In this document: positions 1 to 13,384 of the stretch, piece by piece | Layout: the number at the start of each line of letters is the position of its first letter | How positions within the stretch are numbered: the first letter of the stretch is position 1 | Source: Octopus vulgaris | Lineage: Eukaryota | Length of the DNA: 64,000 nt | NCBI GenBank assembly: GCA_951406725.2 | Contig: OX597814.1 | Coordinates: 103,726,001 to 103,790,000 of the forward strand | Direction: 5' to 3' | Translations under genes and position numbers: made by a program | Notes under the pieces: generated by a model | What the model was told of the DNA's origin: nothing | Databases searched by the model: none | Seen by the model: the letters and a program-made list of their open reading frames with translations, nothing else

Positions 1-387
1 CTTCCTTCCCTACACGCATCTGTCTATCATTTCTTTCCACGCACTCTCTTTTTCAATCTCTCACTTCCTCTCTTTGCCCCTCTCTTTCTCTGTCCCCTCC
101 CCCCTCTCTCTCTCTCTATTCAATCTTTACCATTCACACCATTCCATCAGGACCATTTCGCTGGTTGTTGCAGTATCCACAATACATCTCCTCTTCACTG
201 CATCCTATCTCATGTCAACCGCCGTCGCCGTCGACGCCGCCGCCGCCACCGCCGCCTCTGTCGCGCACTTTCTGCCAGTGGAATTAATGGTCTGGCATTT
301 TTTTCCTACACTTTAACCAATTCCTTCCGAAGCATCATCACAACCATTACTATTATTATTATCATTATTATTATTATTATTGAAACC

Positions 388-434
388 ATGTCTGGACTGA
401 AAAAGCGACTGAGTGGATGCTTTGCCTGTGAGAG
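388..434 (+). CDS. Candidate first coding exon of an unidentified host gene (MSGLKKRLSGCFACE...)
   Basis: ATG in a good context (GAAACCATGT) after a CpG/GCC-rich, UTR-like stretch (210-270); possible donors CCT|GTGAGA (427/428) or GAG|GTTCGT (434/435), then T-rich intron-like sequence. No homology recognised. Confidence 0.2.
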
Positions 435-721
435 GTTCGTACAATTTTCTTTTACAGATTTCTTCGTTGTTCCCGTCTTCCAAATCTCTTTGACAGCTTT
501 TGCGTATTTTTCTATCATTTATTTATTTTTCCATTTTCTTGTTGTTGTTGTTGTTGTTAGCAGAGCACCTTCGATTAAACATTATTACTGTTATAATAAT
601 GTTCGGTTTCGTTACTTGCTTAAATTATATATTTACTTGTTTTCCGGATGTATTTCCATTTCTTCACTGAACCAAACAAAACGCAGTCTTCGACACGGCC
701 CACACAGTTTCTTTTTCTATT

Positions 722-769
<48 letters not shown>

Positions 770-1119
770 TCATACTTTCATACTTTCTTTCTTTCTTCAT
801 TCTCTCTGATTCTTTCGCTCTTTTTATCGTTTTCCTTCTTTCTTCCACACCACACATGCATTTCCAATGTCGTAAATATGAATCTTACATACATTTATGT
901 GTGTGTGTGTGTATATATCTATATATATATATATATTGCATATCAACGGTGTCCCTTTATGTGCATGTATGTATGTATGCATGCATATGTACAAGAATCT
1001 ACATACATATATCAACACTAAGCAATCGTACACGAATGTGTACATGTTTCCAGTTATCTATATATCTATCTGCCTATTACTAGATATGTGTGCGTGTGGG
1101 TGTATAACGAATAACTTTA

Positions 1120-1398
1120 CATGTGTGCCTGTGTGTGTGTGTGTGCGTGCGCGCGCGCGTGCGTGTATATATTTAACATACATACAAATGCACACCCATA
1201 TATCCTTTCATACCCACATAAATGCACAAAGATATATACACAAACAAATATACTAGCTTATATGGGGAGGTGTATTTGTGTATGTGTAAATATATATATC
1301 TATAACTATGTATATATATATATATATGTGTGTGTACATGTATATGTATATATATATATGTGTGTGTGTATATATACATGTGTATATATATATGTGTA

Positions 1399-1439
<41 letters not shown>

Positions 1440-1679
1440 ATATATATGTGTGTATATATATGCATATATTTATGTATATATGTATATATATGTATATATA
1501 TATATATGTAAATATATATATATGTCTATATGTACATATATGTATATATACGTATATATATATATATGTTTATATATATGTGTGTATATATATATATATA
1601 TGTGTGTGTGTGTAGCATGTGTATGTATGTGCAAGTGTGAGAGCACGTGTATGAGTACGTATGTGTACAAATACAACAC

Positions 1680-1725
<46 letters not shown>
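1120..1725. repeat. Compound (TG)n/(TA)n microsatellite block
   Basis: Directly visible dinucleotide runs; source of many spurious YI/CV ORFs. Confidence 0.95.
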
Positions 1726-1727
<2 letters not shown>

Positions 1728-1875
1728 CAAATATAAAATATAAAATATAAATTACAAAGTGGGACAAGAACGCAAAAACACACAGAGACGACACAAAAAA
1801 AAAACAGACGGGTCACTCGAAGCCTCTAATCTTCAGTCGGAACCGGATCATCTTTGCAATTTCGGCTGTTTAATC

Positions 1876-1922
<47 letters not shown>

Positions 1923-2309
1923 GTGTGTGTGTATGTATGCATGTGTGTATGTGTGTTTCTGTGTATACATCCTTACATATGGTGATGTTGTCAGCAATGC
2001 TATTTCTTCAGCTAATTACTAATCACCGATGTTGTTGTTGTTGTTGTTACTAACTCTGACTAACGACCGACAACAAACACAGCTCTCCACCTCCTCCTCT
2101 TCCCCGTTCCTGTCTTCCTCTTCCTCTCACTCCTTCCCCTCTTCCTGCTCCTTTCTCTCTCTTTCTTCCTCCTTCCCCCCTCTCTCTCTATCGTACTCTG
2201 CGTGTTCTTCAGTACAATAAAGTTTATCATCATCACTCGCTTTGTTTATAACATGTGTTTCCACCCGTATTAGGTTGTCTTGCCAACCTCGATACACTGG
2301 TATAAGTGT

Positions 2310-2392
<83 letters not shown>

Positions 2393-2882
2393 CCTACATA
2401 CATACGCATACAAATACACACACACATATATAATATATATATATATATGTTTTTATATATACATACACAAACACCTATGTGCGTGTGTGTAAGAAAAATG
2501 CAAGGATGGCTATTCTCTTCTTCATCCTCCTCCTCCCCCTCCTCCTCATCATTATCATCATCATCATCATTCCAGTTGTTTACATCACAATACCACACTG
2601 TCAGCATCTCCGAGCAATATTTGTTGTACGGTTTCCTATCCTCCCCTCCTGCCACCAACCCGTCCGTCCTCCGTCCAATGCCTTATTAATTAACACACTC
2701 ACCGGTTCAATTTCCACTCATTTATATATTTTATTTTTTCTAAAATTTTCGTTACTTCTTGTAACCTCTGCAATAGTGACTCAGTCCGTTAACGGAGCTA
2801 CGTTCTTTTTGTTTGTTTGTGCGCATGTGTGTGCGTCGGCGTGCATGTGTACACACACACATATATATATATATATGTGTGT

Positions 2883-2930
<48 letters not shown>

Positions 2931-2949
2931 ACATATATGTACATGTATG

Positions 2950-3001
<52 letters not shown>

Positions 3002-3426
3002 TACATATATATATGTACTCTCTCTCTCACACACACACATAGACACACACACACACACACATATGTATGTTCAAAAGTGAAATGAAATGAAGAAGAGCAA
3101 TATAAAGAAATACGACGATACCTGTTATTAGTTTTACGCTGAAAAAGCGAAGGGACGTTTTGACGTTTCGGATTTATTGACGCCTCGTGAGAAAGAGAAG
3201 ATAAAAGAAGAGAGGGAAAAGAGAAACAGAGTGAGGGAGCACTGGAGAGTACTAGAGAGGCAATAGGAAAAATATATGGGGCATTTTCCTGTCCCCTACT
3301 CCAACTTATATCTACAAGATTATTCCAACCTGTAAAGCAGATCTCCATTCTAAACACCGGAAGGTCAATGTCAACCAAATATTGCTGTTTTTTTCTTTCT
3401 TTTCTGTTGCTGTTAATGTTGTTATT

Positions 3427-3628
3427 CATCATCATCATCATCATCATCATCGTTTAACGTCCGTTCTCCATGCTAGCATGGGTTGGACGGTTCGACCGGG
3501 GATCTGGGAAGCCAGAAGGCTGCACCAGGCTCCAGTCTTATTTGGCAATGTTTCTACAGCTGGATGCCCTTCCTAACGCCAACCACTCCGTGAGTGTAGT
3601 GGGTGCTTTTTACGTGCCACCTGCACAG
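3427..3628 (-). mobile_element. 3' part of a SINE-like interspersed repeat with (ATG)n tail
   Basis: (CAT)n run followed on + by CGTTTAACGTCC...CCATGCTAGCATGGG and GGATGCCCTTCCTAACGCCAACC; a related CCATGCCAGCATGGA...AAATGATGGTGATG tail occurs at about 41290-41340. Confidence 0.6.
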
Positions 3629-6600
3629 TATGTGTATATATATGTATATATATGTGTGTGTGTGTGTGTATATATATACGTGTGCATATATATATGTGTA
3701 TATATATGCGTGTATATATTGTTGTTGGTTAAGCTGCCGGTGTTGCAGGGTTCGGGTTAAGACCCATAAAGGCCTTCAGCATTTAACAGATTTTCGTGCC
3801 CTCATAAATATAAACAATAATAATCCATAAAATAATTTATAGTTTTCAAAAAGCGACAAAACTGACGGCAAGACGAGGAATAATGTTTATTTCTGTCTCC
3901 TTCCATTTTATTTCTGTCTTGCTTATCAACCATTCTTCTACCATTTTGTTTTAATTGCAAATTCTTTGATCAGATCCTCGCTTTCACACCATCACACCAG
4001 TTATCTTTCCGATGACATAAATCACACAGAATATTATTTTAGCAAGTTTCAAGTGATTTTTTTTGTGCCGTAAACCTTTACCATTTCTATGTTACCCCCA
4101 ACTTCCTTTGATGACTTAAGCGCGTTTATCTTGCATGGTTAACCCAGCGCTATGTCGTTATTGTTGTTGTTGTTCTGTTTGAAGTTTCATTTTTCTATCG
4201 ATATCGATACAGTCGAGTTATTTTCCTGACAAAATGGTCGTGTGGTTCTATTCTTGAATTTTTTAAAATTTGAGTTGTGAGTTCAATACTGCCCCTATCA
4301 TCTAGTGAAATTTCTTTCTCTAGAACCTTTTAAACTTTTTTTTACCTGAATTTCTCTGTCAGAATCAAACAGATCAACAGACCATGTAAATTCGTTTTGT
4401 ATGTTTGCAAGAAAATATATAGAACATGGAGGGGCTGCGTCGATTGTGCACCAAGCCATCAAGCCGAAGAATCAGTGGTTCGTATTCTATGGGGCACAAT
4501 TTCCTTGCAGAAGTCACTCAGCCTGCATCAGACTTGTTCACCAAACTGAAATAAATACTGGTTCCTTTTAATCTAAAACAACACTGGAATCTATAAAATG
4601 TGCAAGAATATCGATACCAGAATATATAAATGAACGAGATAACTGACTTGATAGTAATACCAGCTAAATCTCCATCTTTCCACACTCTTTTATATATAAA
4701 AAGGAAGGATACCTTGAATAGTGTACAATGACTGAAAAATCGTGTTGGTCACAGTCGGAGTGCTTTTGATCACAAGAGTATTGACCAAGTTGTAACAATG
4801 CAATATAACTCGAGTCTATTCTATTGGTGTCGATAAACAAATACTCGGAGTATGGATCGAGATTTGAAGTCAGAAAGAAGCAGAGACTAGTATAAGACAT
4901 TTAGTACGGCGCTCTAGCATTTCTGTGAAAGAATTTCTTTATTAATTGTAGAAATTCTGAAATAAATGTGAATTCTATAAAATCTGTTTGGATCACCGAA
5001 TCGGTAGAATACTGGCGATTCAACAGAGAGGCTGGGGTTCGAATTCAAGGAGGCTACGTATGTCTGACCAAAGGCAAGGTGGTGATGCGAAACCTGGCAA
5101 TGGATTAAGTCTACCACACAACAACACTAATGGTTTCTCCGCCAAGCTTCAACATAGTTTCTATTTAACAGTTTCACCCGCAAAGTTTTGGTGGGCACCA
5201 AGATTAACTTTGAGAAAATTTACTGAAATTATCTCCCTTTTTCTTTTCTCGTCTGTAACAGTTACTGCCAGAACGCAGGTTTTCATTCCCAAACTAACTG
5301 GCAAATCTCAAGTAATATTTCTGTGTATGTCATTCAATAAATAGACCAATCCTTCATTTATTTAGAGAACCTTCCATGGTTTTGACAACTCCTGTAGTTG
5401 TGATATGGTAAGGAATACAGAATTCTGTTTGAGATTTTTGATTAAGAAATATTCATTTTTATGGTAAGCAAAAAAATAGTGCACAAATATTTAGCAACGG
5501 AACCCGGATCACCATATCCGATGCAAAAAAAAAAAAAAAAAATCAACTCAAGAATACGATCACGATTCGCTAAGTACTATCAACGTCATAAATAAATCTG
5601 ACCATTCAAAATTTCATGTGGAACCGGATCTAGCAACAGTTTCATCTTTAGCACCCTTTTTTGTGAGAAGGATCACGACAGTAGCAGAACCAGCTGCTGG
5701 CCAGAGCGCTGTCACAACACAAAAACAATGGACGTACAACGACTGAAACACACAATGACCTGTTAACACCAAGAAATTCGTGACAGCCACTACTATCACA
5801 CCAAGCCTAACAGCAATAAGCTTTCAACTATCTTGGTGTTTGTCGTTCGTAGGAATGACAAGGTTTTTTTTGTTTACGATCAAAATAAAGATTTTAAAAA
5901 ATCAAAAGCCTCAAACAGATTTTAGTGTCCTTTATAGTAACAAGTGGTGAGAATTTCATTGACAAACTGAAAGAATTCTTGAAAAAAAAAGTTAATTATA
6001 ATGGATTATATCTTATCCCAGAGAAGATGTACACACAACAGCTGAAGAAAATGAATTAGCAACGAACACAGAGTCAGGTGCTAATATTTCTGAAAATGTC
6101 TACATTCATTTTCTGGCCTGTAGACTTGTGCTTCGTTCCACGAAAGGCTTATGGCCAAAATTCATGCGCAGCAGACGAGGAATGTTCAAACGTTTTCGAG
6201 TTAAACTTTATTTCAAATGGCATTTTTTGCACTCCATCGTCTTTCGTTGCTTTCTCCACCCAATTGACAATGATATGTTATAGAGACATCTACATCTACC
6301 CCCCCCCACCCACACACAAACACACACACTCACTCTCTCTCTCTTACATACAAACCAGTTGTCCTTTGTAAAGTTCATACAATCACACCACTGTACAACT
6401 ATTTACATTTTAGAATGCAGGAATTGTTTTCTCATTAAATTTATTTTCCCTAACAATCACGTTTGGTATGCACAACGACACACAAGTACACATACACACA
6501 TACACGCAGGCACGCACATATAGATCTATCTACGCAAATCCACAAGCACATGCGCATACATACACATGCACACACATAAACACATACACACGACAAATCA

Positions 6601-6851
6601 CACATACAACAAATTCTGTAATTGTTCCTACAGTTACATATATTCATGTGTGTGTATGTACATACATACACACACTCACACACACACGTATACATACATG
6701 CATAAACACATGCATATACATTTCCATACAAGATTTATATGTATTTGTATATACGTACTGCATGTGCGTACATATATACGTGCATCTATAAAATTTCTGT
6801 GTGTGCATGTATGAATATGTGTGAATATTTGCATATATTTATATATATGCG

Positions 6852-6922
<71 letters not shown>

Positions 6923-6927
6923 ATTTA

Positions 6928-6962
<35 letters not shown>

Positions 6963-8270
6963 TTTTCTGCATATATTATTTTACACGTTCCAGCCCTAAG
7001 GCTGTGGCTATAAGTGTTTATGTGTGTGTGCGCAGATATACACTCTCAAATATACACATACACAACTAGAAAATTATATCACATGATAGAGGGCGTTGCT
7101 TGTAGCCCGAGGGTGACCCATACATTCACTGGAACCACACACGCATACACATATACGTAAACATACGCGAGCACACATCACACGCACATGCTTGTATACG
7201 CATATGTATGCATACATTTGCCATGACAGTGTTTTAAAATCTTGCCTCAACAGAAGAGAAATACCGTTAACGGCTTCCAAGCAGAAAGGAATCATTTATT
7301 TTTAACAACATTTCATAAACCTAATAAATTAATCACTTTTTTTTTTGTTGTTTCTGGTTCATTTTTACGAGATCTCGTCAGAGGGAGTGGAAGCTCACCT
7401 GACCCTTTGTCGTAGGCTCTGAGAAAGAAGGAAAGAGATTCCCTTGAGACTGATCATATGACCCTATTTCTGCTTGCAAAAGATGAACACTGTTAAAGTC
7501 TGAATAAGTCTGCAATCCAAGACTACGGAAAACCCTTTCGATGGTCTTTAACAAGGTTCGGCTCAACGCGAGGCATTTGTAGAACACATTTGGTCACGGT
7601 GTCTCGCGGTGAATTTGAACACATAACCAGATATTTGTGGAGGAAAAGCCAATTCCTCTGTCTGTTGAACAGGCAGACACCGAATTTATTAAAATATAGA
7701 AATGGCGCCGCTTTTGCCATATTTTCCTATTTGTTCTTCTCTGTGTTTGCTACGAAATTATTTCTGAGTTTACTAGGTTTATCATAGAATTTTACTTTCG
7801 TTCAGGACGAAAGTTGCTTCCGGTTTTCGTTATGGGAATGGTTTATTCTTCAAAAATATCAATATTTTTTACTAACCTTGCAACCAGTATAATTGACACA
7901 TTTTCTACGTCTGGGTCCTTGGGTATAATGTAAACTATATTGACTGGCTTAGAATGCGAAACCACGGCGAATTGCTGCTACATGTAACATATTGAAAAAA
8001 TCTCATGCTGCACCTCTCTCTCTCTCTCTATTTTTCAACCACATTTCCCTCTCCTTTTTTTTTTGTGCTTTTGTGTGTCTACATACGTAGACACACACAC
8101 ATATATGTATATGTTTGCATAAATATTTGCGTATAGTACATGTATGTACGTGTGTATACGTACATGCAAACATGCACATATATACATACACATACATACA
8201 TACATACATACATACATACATACATACACACAGATACATACATACATACATACATACATACATACATACA

Positions 8271-8316
<46 letters not shown>

Positions 8317-8328
8317 CAGGCATGCATA

Positions 8329-8913
8329 CGAGGGGTTGCGAAGTGATTGCCTTTTAATGCCTCCGTCGTTTTTTCCTTCACCTCACTTCCGCATCTGCAA
8401 ATTCCGTAGCACCAGCTTTCGTCACCAGTGATGACCTTTGAAAAGTGGTCCGGATCAACTTCCAACTGTTCAATTGTTCGGTGACTGCCCTCTAAGATCA
8501 GGTCATCAATTTTCATGATGTTTTCATTCGTTTGGGAGGTCGATGGTCGTCCTGAATGTGGTCGGTCTTCAAGCAACAAATGACCGTTCCTAAAGCTTGA
8601 AAGCCATTCGTAAACTTGTGTTTTGCTCATGGCAGCGTCCTTGTAAGCTGTTTGAAGTATGACAACTGTTTCGGCCGCCGTTTTCACCGGTAGAAAGCAG
8701 AATTTCATGGAAGCACGCTGTTCCTTCGTTTCAGCTATTGCAAAAATTAACGAACAGAAGAGAACCATTGCAAAACAAAGACACATCACATGGAAATACG
8801 ACTCCACTAGACGATGCCTGAGGGTTGCATCAAGTGGCTTCTGGCGGCAAAAACCTGAGCTACAACTGGTTTATCCCACAAAAAGTTTCCGGTTACTTTT
8901 GGGCACCTCTTCG
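8329..8913 (-). mobile_element. Internally deleted mariner-family transposon (HTH plus start of DDD domain)
   Basis: Minus-strand peptide EQRASMKFCF...AMSKTQVYEWLSSFRNG...EDRPHSGRPSTS...VITGDESWCYG matches the mariner N-terminal HTH and first catalytic D motif; ends TA-CGAGGGG (8327) and GGGCACCTCTTCG (8913). Confidence 0.9.
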
Positions 8914-8964
8914 CACGCACGCACGCACACAGACACACACACATACACACACATACTGTGTATA

Positions 8965-9172
8965 CAGTAATCCCTCGCCATATCGCGGTTTATTATTTAA
9001 GCTTACGTCGATTCCTCCTTGGTATTGTTTTGCATTTATTATAAAATAAATATATAGAAATTATAAAAATTATTAAAAAAATACACAGTACAGTACTGTT
9101 TCTACTTCGTGGATTTTCCCCTATCGCGGGGGCTTTTGGAGCGTAACACCCGCAATAGTCGAGGGATTACTG
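8965..9172. mobile_element. pogo/Tigger-like MITE (208 bp)
   Basis: TIRs CAGTAATCCCTCG / CGAGGGATTACTG with TA target duplication at 8963-8964 and 9173-9174; non-coding AT-rich interior. Confidence 0.9.
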
Positions 9173-9537
9173 TATGAGAGGTTCTAATCGAAGCTGTATC
9201 GTCGTGTACCACATGGTCCACATCAATCCAGTTTGTGTATTTAGATATTTTATTCGCATGAGATTTATATAATATTTGAAATTTCTAGCGAATTCGATTT
9301 GGAGAGTAATTCTCTAAAATCAAATGAGACGATTGGAATAAGTTTGGTATATTTTTAATTCCATGTTTCATTACAGGATAAGAGTTACAAAGGTGCACAT
9401 GTAGATAAAAAAAACATGTGTAGAATCTCCTATCCGTGATTCTTCAAACATTAAAAGTTCATATTAGGTTTGGATGTCTGTCTGGTGATGAAACATGTGT
9501 AACATGCAATTAAAACAAAACCAAATTTTCTGTTACG

Positions 9538-9632
9538 ATGGCCGAGTGGGTAGAGTGTTGCATTCACGGTCGCGAGATCCTGGTTTCGATTCTTGGACCA
9601 TGCGGAGCGTTGTGTTCTTGAGCAAAACCCTT
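9538..9632 (+). mobile_element. tRNA-derived SINE head fragment
   Basis: A-box-like TGGCCGAGTGG, B-box-like GTTTCGATTC, then GTTGTGTTCTTGAGCAA as in the copies at 34103 and 38522. Confidence 0.65.
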
Positions 9633-10034
9633 CTTTAATTGTCAGGTTTTGTCGTTTTCTAGTTCAATTAAATTTTCCATTCTAGATTTGAATTAACTTT
9701 TCGTTTCTGGAAAGTATATGGGAAATATGGGATATGGTCGCAGAAGTCATCTAGTGTTTTATATATATATCATTGCTAATACGTTAGACTGTCGTATGTA
9801 CAAATTTGGTCAAATGCGTTTCAATATTTATTTTTGTTTGCAATAGCCGGTTCTTTTGGTTGAACTGTCGTATCTCCAGCTGCTTCAGATGCCAAGATAT
9901 CAACAATTGTCATAGTGTAGTACAACGGTTTTGCTATGGAATAGTGAAACTATTCGTTTTCTGAAAAGGCAACGTTTTGGACTTACGACATTTTTGCATA
10001 ATAGCAACGATATATATATGATAAGGGTTTTTTT

Positions 10035-10094
10035 GCAACAAGTTGCTTAACCACATACAGAAAATTTTCGGTATGTGGTTAAGCAACTTGTTGC
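10035..10094. repeat. 60-bp near-perfect palindrome
   Basis: GCAACAAGTTGCTTAACCACATAC-a-GAAAATTTTC-g-GTATGTGGTTAAGCAACTTGTTGC: perfect 24-bp arms plus a palindromic centre, one mismatch. Confidence 0.95.
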
Positions 10095-10104
10095 CACGAT
10101 TCCA

Positions 10105-10157
<53 letters not shown>

Positions 10158-10311
10158 GAGTCACATAAGCTCTTTATTAATGATTAGTAAAGAGGTTCAG
10201 TGCCACCAGCCAACAGGTGTGATGTGTCGCCTATATTGATAAGAGCAATAACAGAAGTGAAAGCAATGGTTACTTTCTGAGCGGTCACAACCAACGACTA
10301 CATTACATATA

Positions 10312-10550
10312 CATGTGGTTAGGTTGTTGCACTCACGATCGCTAGATCGTAGGTTCGATTCCAGGATTGGGCGGTGCGTTGTGTTCATTTCGTGTTGCCC
10401 AAATGTCCCTTTCGATCAGGAAGTGGGTGTTGGCCTGCTCGCCTAGCACGCGGGGTGGCGTCTTTTGAAGGCTAAAACAATGCAAAAAGCGCAATGTGAC
10501 CAGCGATGTATAAAAACATCTGATAGCCTGATCGGTCACTGATCACGTGA
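10312..10550 (+). mobile_element. tRNA-derived SINE (diverged)
   Basis: TGTGGTTAGG...GGTTCGATTCC head followed by GCGTTGTGTTC and a distinct body ending GATCACGTGA. Confidence 0.6.
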
Positions 10551-10599
10551 CACTCACACGCACGCACACACGTGTACCCCCCACACGCAACAGATATAT

Positions 10600-10765
10600 A
10601 TGTGGTAAGAGGCTTGATTCCTAACCACATGGTTCGGGTTCAGTCTGACTGCATGGCACCTTCGGCAAGTGTCTTCTACTATAGTCTTGCGCCGACCAAA
10701 CCCTTGTGACTGGATTTGGTAGACGGAAACTGAAAGAAGCCCGTTGTATAAATAAATAAATGTGC

Positions 10766-10803
<38 letters not shown>

Positions 10804-11088
10804 CTGTTTGTCCCCCACCACCGCTTGACAACTGGTGTCTTGTGTTATCGTTGTGACTTATCTGTTCGACAAATGAACCGATAGAATAAATACGAGGCTA
10901 AGGCTGCGAGCTGGCAGAAACGTTAGCACGCCGGGCGAAATGCTTAGCGGTATTTCGTCTGCCGCTACGTTCTGAGTTCAAATTCCGCCGAGTTCATCCT
11001 TTCGGGGTCGCTTAAAAATAACAAAAAATAATTTCTGGGGTCGATTCATTTCGCAGTCAAATGACTGAAACAACGAAATGATAAAAGA
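10600..11088 (+). mobile_element. SINE family A (tRNA head, CORE-like segment, internal microsatellite) interrupted by a family B fragment
   Basis: Homologous to the full copies at 21451, 35314 and 39573 (TGTGGTAAG...GGCACCTT(G/C)GGCAAGTGTCTTCTACTATAG...GGAAACTGAAAGAAGCCCG); tail CAGTCAAATGACTGAAACAA resumes at about 11055. Confidence 0.85.
10901..11010 (+). mobile_element. SINE family B 5' fragment nested in SINE A
   Basis: GCGAGCTGGCAGAAACGTTAGCACGCCGGGCGAAATG...GAGTTCAAATTCCGCCGAG, nearly identical to the copies at 43124 and 45611. Confidence 0.9.
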
Positions 11089-11460
11089 TGTATGTATGTA
11101 TGTATGTATGTATGTATGTATGTATGTATGTATGTATGTATGTGTGTATGTGTGTGTGTATGTGTGTATGTATGTATGTGTGTATGTATGTATGTGTGTG
11201 TGTCTGTATGTATGTATGTATGTATGTATGTGTGTATGTATATGTGTGTTTATATATGTGTGTATGTATGTATGTGTGTATGTATGTATGTGTGTATGTA
11301 TGTGTGTATGTATGTGTGTATGTATGTATGTATGTATGTATGTATGTATGTGTGTATGTATGTATGTGTGTATGTATGTGTGTATGTATGTATGCATGTA
11401 TGTGTGTATGTGTGTATGTATGTATGTATGTGTGTATGTGTGCGCATGTATGTGTGTGTG

Positions 11461-11512
<52 letters not shown>

Positions 11513-11532
11513 CATACATACATATATACATA
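11089..11532. repeat. (TATG)n/(TG)n/(TA)n microsatellite
   Basis: Directly visible. Confidence 0.95.
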
Positions 11533-11589
11533 CTGTTTAATTTGTATTTCCTGTGCAATCTATATTAAGGGACATTCCCTTCAGTCCCC

Positions 11590-11770
11590 GTCGATGACTG
11601 ACGTTCTCAGTCCCTTCCATTGCTGCCGCTCTCTCCTTTCTGTCCAACATGATGGACGCCGCCCTCGAGGAATGTCGCGTTTCTTTTGGCGAAACAATTT
11701 TTTACAGTTTTATTCCTCTCTTGGCAACCATTGCAGTCAAAACTGAGAGTCAGCTGCAACTACTTCAGCC
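11590..11770 (+). pseudogene. Highly decayed non-LTR reverse transcriptase fragment
   Basis: Peptides LSPFLSNMMDAALEE and AVKTESQLQLL resemble the LSPxLFNxxMD region and the post-YADD helix of LINE RTs. Confidence 0.35.
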
Positions 11771-12427
11771 ATGCAGTTACTCTGTGTGTGTGTGTGTGTG
11801 TGTGTATGTGTGTGTGTGTGTGTGTATGTGCGTGTGTGTGTGTTTGTGTGTCATAGGTCTGTTGTAAGTTAATCTTGTCAAACTCAACATTTGACCTCGT
11901 AATGTTTGCGTATGCATCTAATTAGAGACCCGTGTAAACTATGTATGTATGTCTAGGCTGTCTCTTTCTATGTCTATGTAAAAATATATGTAGGTTTATG
12001 TTGGAAGTGAATCTACGGCTTTCTCTTACTCGCCCCACACGTATATTCGCACATATACACGCTCGTATATGTAATATTTGCTCACAACTTGAATTATAAG
12101 TGTAGACTAATAACGTTGAAAGGGCAAAGATTAAACCCGTCTAACTTTTTAACCACATCATACACACTTCACACACTTCACACACACAACCCACACACAC
12201 ACATCACCCTCTCCACACACACTCCACTCACTTCACACACTTTTTAAATGCTGCACATGGAAAAATGTTTTAACACTTGTCTTCTAGACCCGAAATTTTA
12301 CTATTTGTTGTCTTGAGAAACTTATATATGTACATAGGCACATACATAAGCACTTGATGCCTCAAATGCAACAGAAAATGTATATTATGACATAATTCTG
12401 TGGAAGATATCACATATGTGATTAGCC

Positions 12428-12658
12428 TATTTCTTTATTACCCACAAGGGGCTAAACAGAGAGGGGACAAACAAGGACAGACATAGGTATTAAGTCGATT
12501 ACATTGGCTCCAGTGCGTAACTGGTACTTAATTTATCGACCCCGAAAGGATGAAAGACAAAGTCGACCTCGGTGGAATTTGAACTCAGAACGTAACGGCA
12601 GACGAAATACCGCAAAGCATTTCGCCCGGCGTGCTAACGTTTCTGCCAGCTCGCCGCA
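12428..12658 (-). mobile_element. SINE family B, full length
   Basis: tRNA-like head, central CTTTCATCCTTTCGGGGTCGATAAATTAAGTACCAG (resembles the Meta domain of MetaSINEs), tail GCCCCTTGTGGGTAATAAAGAAATA. Confidence 0.92.
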
Positions 12659-12664
12659 GGTTAG

Positions 12665-13260
12665 CCGCAGCCCAAAAATGTTCTCAAAGTATTACCTTCC
12701 TATGTGACACGACGTTGTCGCAAAAACAATCTACACTGCTATTCGGAGAAAAAGACTGTTCGGAAATACCTATGGAGAATCCTCCTGTTATTGAATAAGT
12801 ACACAAATATCAGCACAAGAAATGCTGGTGAAACATTCCCATCAAAATATATGCTAAGTGTAAGCATATCAGGCCGGATATTGTGGATTGGGACAGACAA
12901 GAGTAAGTGTGTACCATCACTGAGATCAGCTGTCCTGCTGATGTGAATATCTCTTTGATTCTTCAAAGAGAAAGAAGATAACTACGAACAATTGCTTCGA
13001 AACCGCCTCTATATCCGCATTATAAAGTTACATTTATACCAATAATTGGTGCACTTAGTTTCGAGAGTAAATGCCTAAGTGGCAATCTAGATAAGATAAG
13101 GTTGTCATTACAAATACACTCTGTAAGCGGATCACTAAAAACATGCAAGACTTTTCTCAAGTTTAAAATGTGACTATTTTTTTTTATCTACATTCAAAAG
13201 ATACATTCTTTGTTAAAAGCTGCTCCTTCCACAGAGGAAGATTTCAAATAAATTTAAAAA
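12665..13260 (+). mobile_element. RLE-type non-LTR retrotransposon 3' fragment (end of CCHC knuckle plus restriction-like endonuclease)
   Basis: SPKMFSKYYLPM*HDVVAKTIY ... CKHIRPDIVDWDRQE*VCTITEISCPADVNI ... KEKEDNYEQLLRN ... FIPIIGAL ... CKTFLKFKM*, with stops and frameshifts. Confidence 0.85.
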
Positions 13261-13384
13261 AGAAGAGAATGTACATTAAAATCGTGAAGGGGAAAATCAC
13301 CATAATCCACAAAATATGTTTCCCAGAAACTTGAGGCTGATGCTCTTATTAACAGGATGTGTAGAAGGCTCTCTTGCACTGGTG

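Noticed and set aside
3158-3194. Minus-strand hammerhead-like CTCACGA...GAAACGTC
   Set aside because: G5 is mutated and stem II is poorly paired; at most a relic. A similar relic lies at about 1815-1870.
4914-5117. PIF1/Helitron helicase motif VI from FGQTYVAS
   Set aside because: The preceding TINKSQG motif was not found and the match is too short.
8079-8807. 242-aa ORF as a functional transposase
   Set aside because: Most of the catalytic domain is deleted and the C-terminus is microsatellite read-through.
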